A stretch of DNA of 64,000 nucleotides from Hypanus sabinus. Taxonomy: Eukaryota. Positions 62,106-64,000 of the stretch are shown piece after piece; position 1 is the first letter of the stretch; each line of letters opens with the position of its first letter. The notes beneath the pieces were generated by a model that worked only from the letters and a program-made list of their open reading frames with translations, ran no database searches and was not told where the DNA came from. Where the stretch lies: positions 9,734,001 to 9,798,000 of the forward strand of contig NC_082712.1 of the NCBI RefSeq assembly GCF_030144855.1. The letters run 5' to 3'. The position numbers and the translations under genes are program-made.

Positions 62106-64000
62106 TGTAAAGGGGGTTTCTTCTTTTTTCTTTGTTACTGTTGGGAAAGGGTTTCTTTGTTTTGTTAGAAGCAGGAATGTTTCTTTGTTGCGAGAGAGTG
62201 CTGGGAGAATTGGATTCCTTTGTAAACCAAATGGGCATTAATGTTCTTTCTTCTGAGTCTGTAAGCTTTTGTTGACGGGCTTTTGGACAGATTGGCGCGA
62301 GGGGGTCGAGAGAGAGGACGCAATGCTGTAAGCTGGGCGAGGAACGGATCCCAAGCGGGGTCCGAGGCCCGGAGGTGCTCCGAGGAGGGGAGATGAAGCT
62401 AGAAGTGCTTGGTTGACCACTTCGGAGGGTCCTAAGCTGCGAGTCGAGGAGTTCGGAGGGGATCGAATGGTGGCCAGAAGACTTCAGTAATTGAGCTCCA
62501 ACGGCTGTGCACGAAGTGGTTTGGACTTTGATAAGTTTGGCACCTTTTCTTTATTTTTTCTCTTCATATATACTGTATCGTTATTAATCACTTAGTTATA
62601 GTAACCTTTATAAATTGTACTAATTTAATCGCTTATGGTGTACTGTCTGTTCTTGGGCGAGGTGAGGACATCACACAGCATCCACACCAGCTGATTACCC
62701 CGTCTGGCGGGGCTGAAGGCTGCTCCCCCTAGACGAGAACAAGCTGAGCGAGCCTGAGGCGACCCAGGGGGTTACATTGTGGGGTGCTCGTCCGGGGTTG
62801 ATTTCTGTGGAAGCTGTGTGATCACCCTCTTTAAATTGTGTCTGCGGCGAAGAGCCTTTGTGGGTGTGCGATTGCTGGTTATCACTGCGTGTGTGTTGGG
62901 TGGGGTGGCTGCTGTTGCTAGCCTGGAGGTTGTTGTTCGAGTTCCGACTAATGCTGACGAAATGGTGGTGGGACCATGGGTTGTCCATACTGTTTGGAGA
63001 GTGAGGAGTGACAGGTTGGGATGTTTCAGCAGTGGTGAGCTCCGCCCGGTTATTGGAATAATGTCCAGCCCTAAAGGGGCGGAGGCGTGGGCGGAGCGGA
63101 CCCCTCAGTTGTTGGGTGAGTGGCAGTGCTTGGCTGAGGAAAAGCGACAGGGACGAGTTGGAAGTTTGAGTAGGCGGGCTGGTGACTTTGTTAGAACTGT
63201 CGGGCGCAATTACCTCGAAGTGACAGCTGCCAGTTCTGGGAAAGTGTGGGAAAATGCGTGTGGTTTGACTGGAAGTCAAATGCCACAGCTGGGGGGCTTA
63301 TCATATCCGTGGCAGGAGATTGGTGGAAAGTTTTTAGGGTATCCCGTTTGCCTAGGGGGGCAGATAAATTGCTTGTGGTGCCAAGGGGATCAGTTGTTCC
63401 GTTGATTCGAGAGGTGTCGGGAAACTTAGAGGAGGCCCAGTGGGGGAACGGCTTGGGGTCTCTGGGGAGGTTCGTGAATCGTTAATGCTGATGTGTCCGG
63501 ACACTGTTGAGATGGGCAGCTTTTCGGTTCTAGAGAGAACCAAAATCCTGCTGGTGCGCTTGGGAGCCTGCCCGGAGGAGGCGGGTGAGCGCTGTTTGGA
63601 GGCATTGTCGATGCACCCAGAGTTCGAGCTGCTTGTGCGGACGTGTGTAGCAGCATTGGGCTGATACAGAATTCAAACAAGAGCCAGTGGTGGTACGGCC
63701 TGGGGGAAGTATCTGAGGGTGAGACTCTCTTAGTGGACGCTGCGAAATACCACGAGGGAGGGGAGTTGACTGCTGAAGACACCTCGGAGAGAGAGAGAGA
63801 GGTTGCGGCGACTGGCCCCTACAGCCATCGAAGACGGAGGCAGCGTGTGTGTGGATTATATTGCGCTGAAGAGGCGCACTGTCAGTGACCAGAATTTGGC
63901 CCTGAGGGCCGAAGAGGCGATGGCCTGTCTGAGTGGTGCGATGTGGTTTAAGGTGCTGGATCTGAGGAGCGGATGTTGCCAGATCCCGATGAGTGGGGCC
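62106..64000 (+). mobile_element. Gypsy LTR retrotransposon, internally deleted: 5' LTR 62106-62776, tRNA-Pro-like PBS, PNMA-like gag, RT start
   Basis: LTR TGTAA...TTACA and PBS tggggtgctcgtccggg. Gag remnant [25 protein letters not shown] remnant from 63845: [16 protein letters not shown]...[13 protein letters not shown]. Runs off the window. Confidence 0.88.

Noticed and set aside
1-64000. CRISPR arrays, rRNA or tRNA genes, prokaryotic operons
   Set aside because: None seen. The DNA is eukaryotic, the tandem repeats lack unique spacers, and the tRNA-like sequences are SINE heads or PBS.

Overview
Vertebrate genomic DNA, most likely a cartilaginous fish (ray or shark), inferred from the repeat complement: CR1 LINEs with SGNH-esterase ORF1, HE1/V-SINE-like SINEs, Penelope-like elements and Rex1/Babar fragments. 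The window is repeat-dense and has two assembly gaps (9963-10104 and 19682-19840). The main host gene is a 5-exon Siglec-15-like Ig receptor on the minus strand, reconstructed by hand from splice sites. Its exons are leader 52435-52378, V-set 39154-38756, C2+TM 31902-31510, a 31-nt micro-exon 26575-26545 and a repeat tail 21875-21500. They total 1257 nt, or 418 aa, with all phases compatible. The protein keeps the Siglec sialic-acid-binding Arg (YFCRVE). It has no transmembrane Lys and no cytoplasmic Tyr, and its 139-aa tail is built from about 18-aa acidic repeats with nine N-x-S/T sequons. At the left end lie remnants of further Ig genes: an orphan Siglec-15-like C2+TM exon (+, 9016-9375) and a leader exon followed by a decayed V-set exon (-, 6368-5771). 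The second highlight is a set of Penelope-associated minimal type I hammerhead ribozyme motifs. These include a 235-bp insertion with a 15-bp TSD that folds into an 85-bp-arm hairpin carrying a hammerhead core on each strand (57859-58093), and a sister hairpin with the cores deleted. Other content: a three-layer LINE nest (Rex > full-length CR1 > antisense young CR1), two Gypsy elements with tRNA-Pro PBS, Tigger and Tc1 remnants, an L1 3' fragment and a G-rich minisatellite derived from a Penelope end. All calls were made by eye; no database searches were run.
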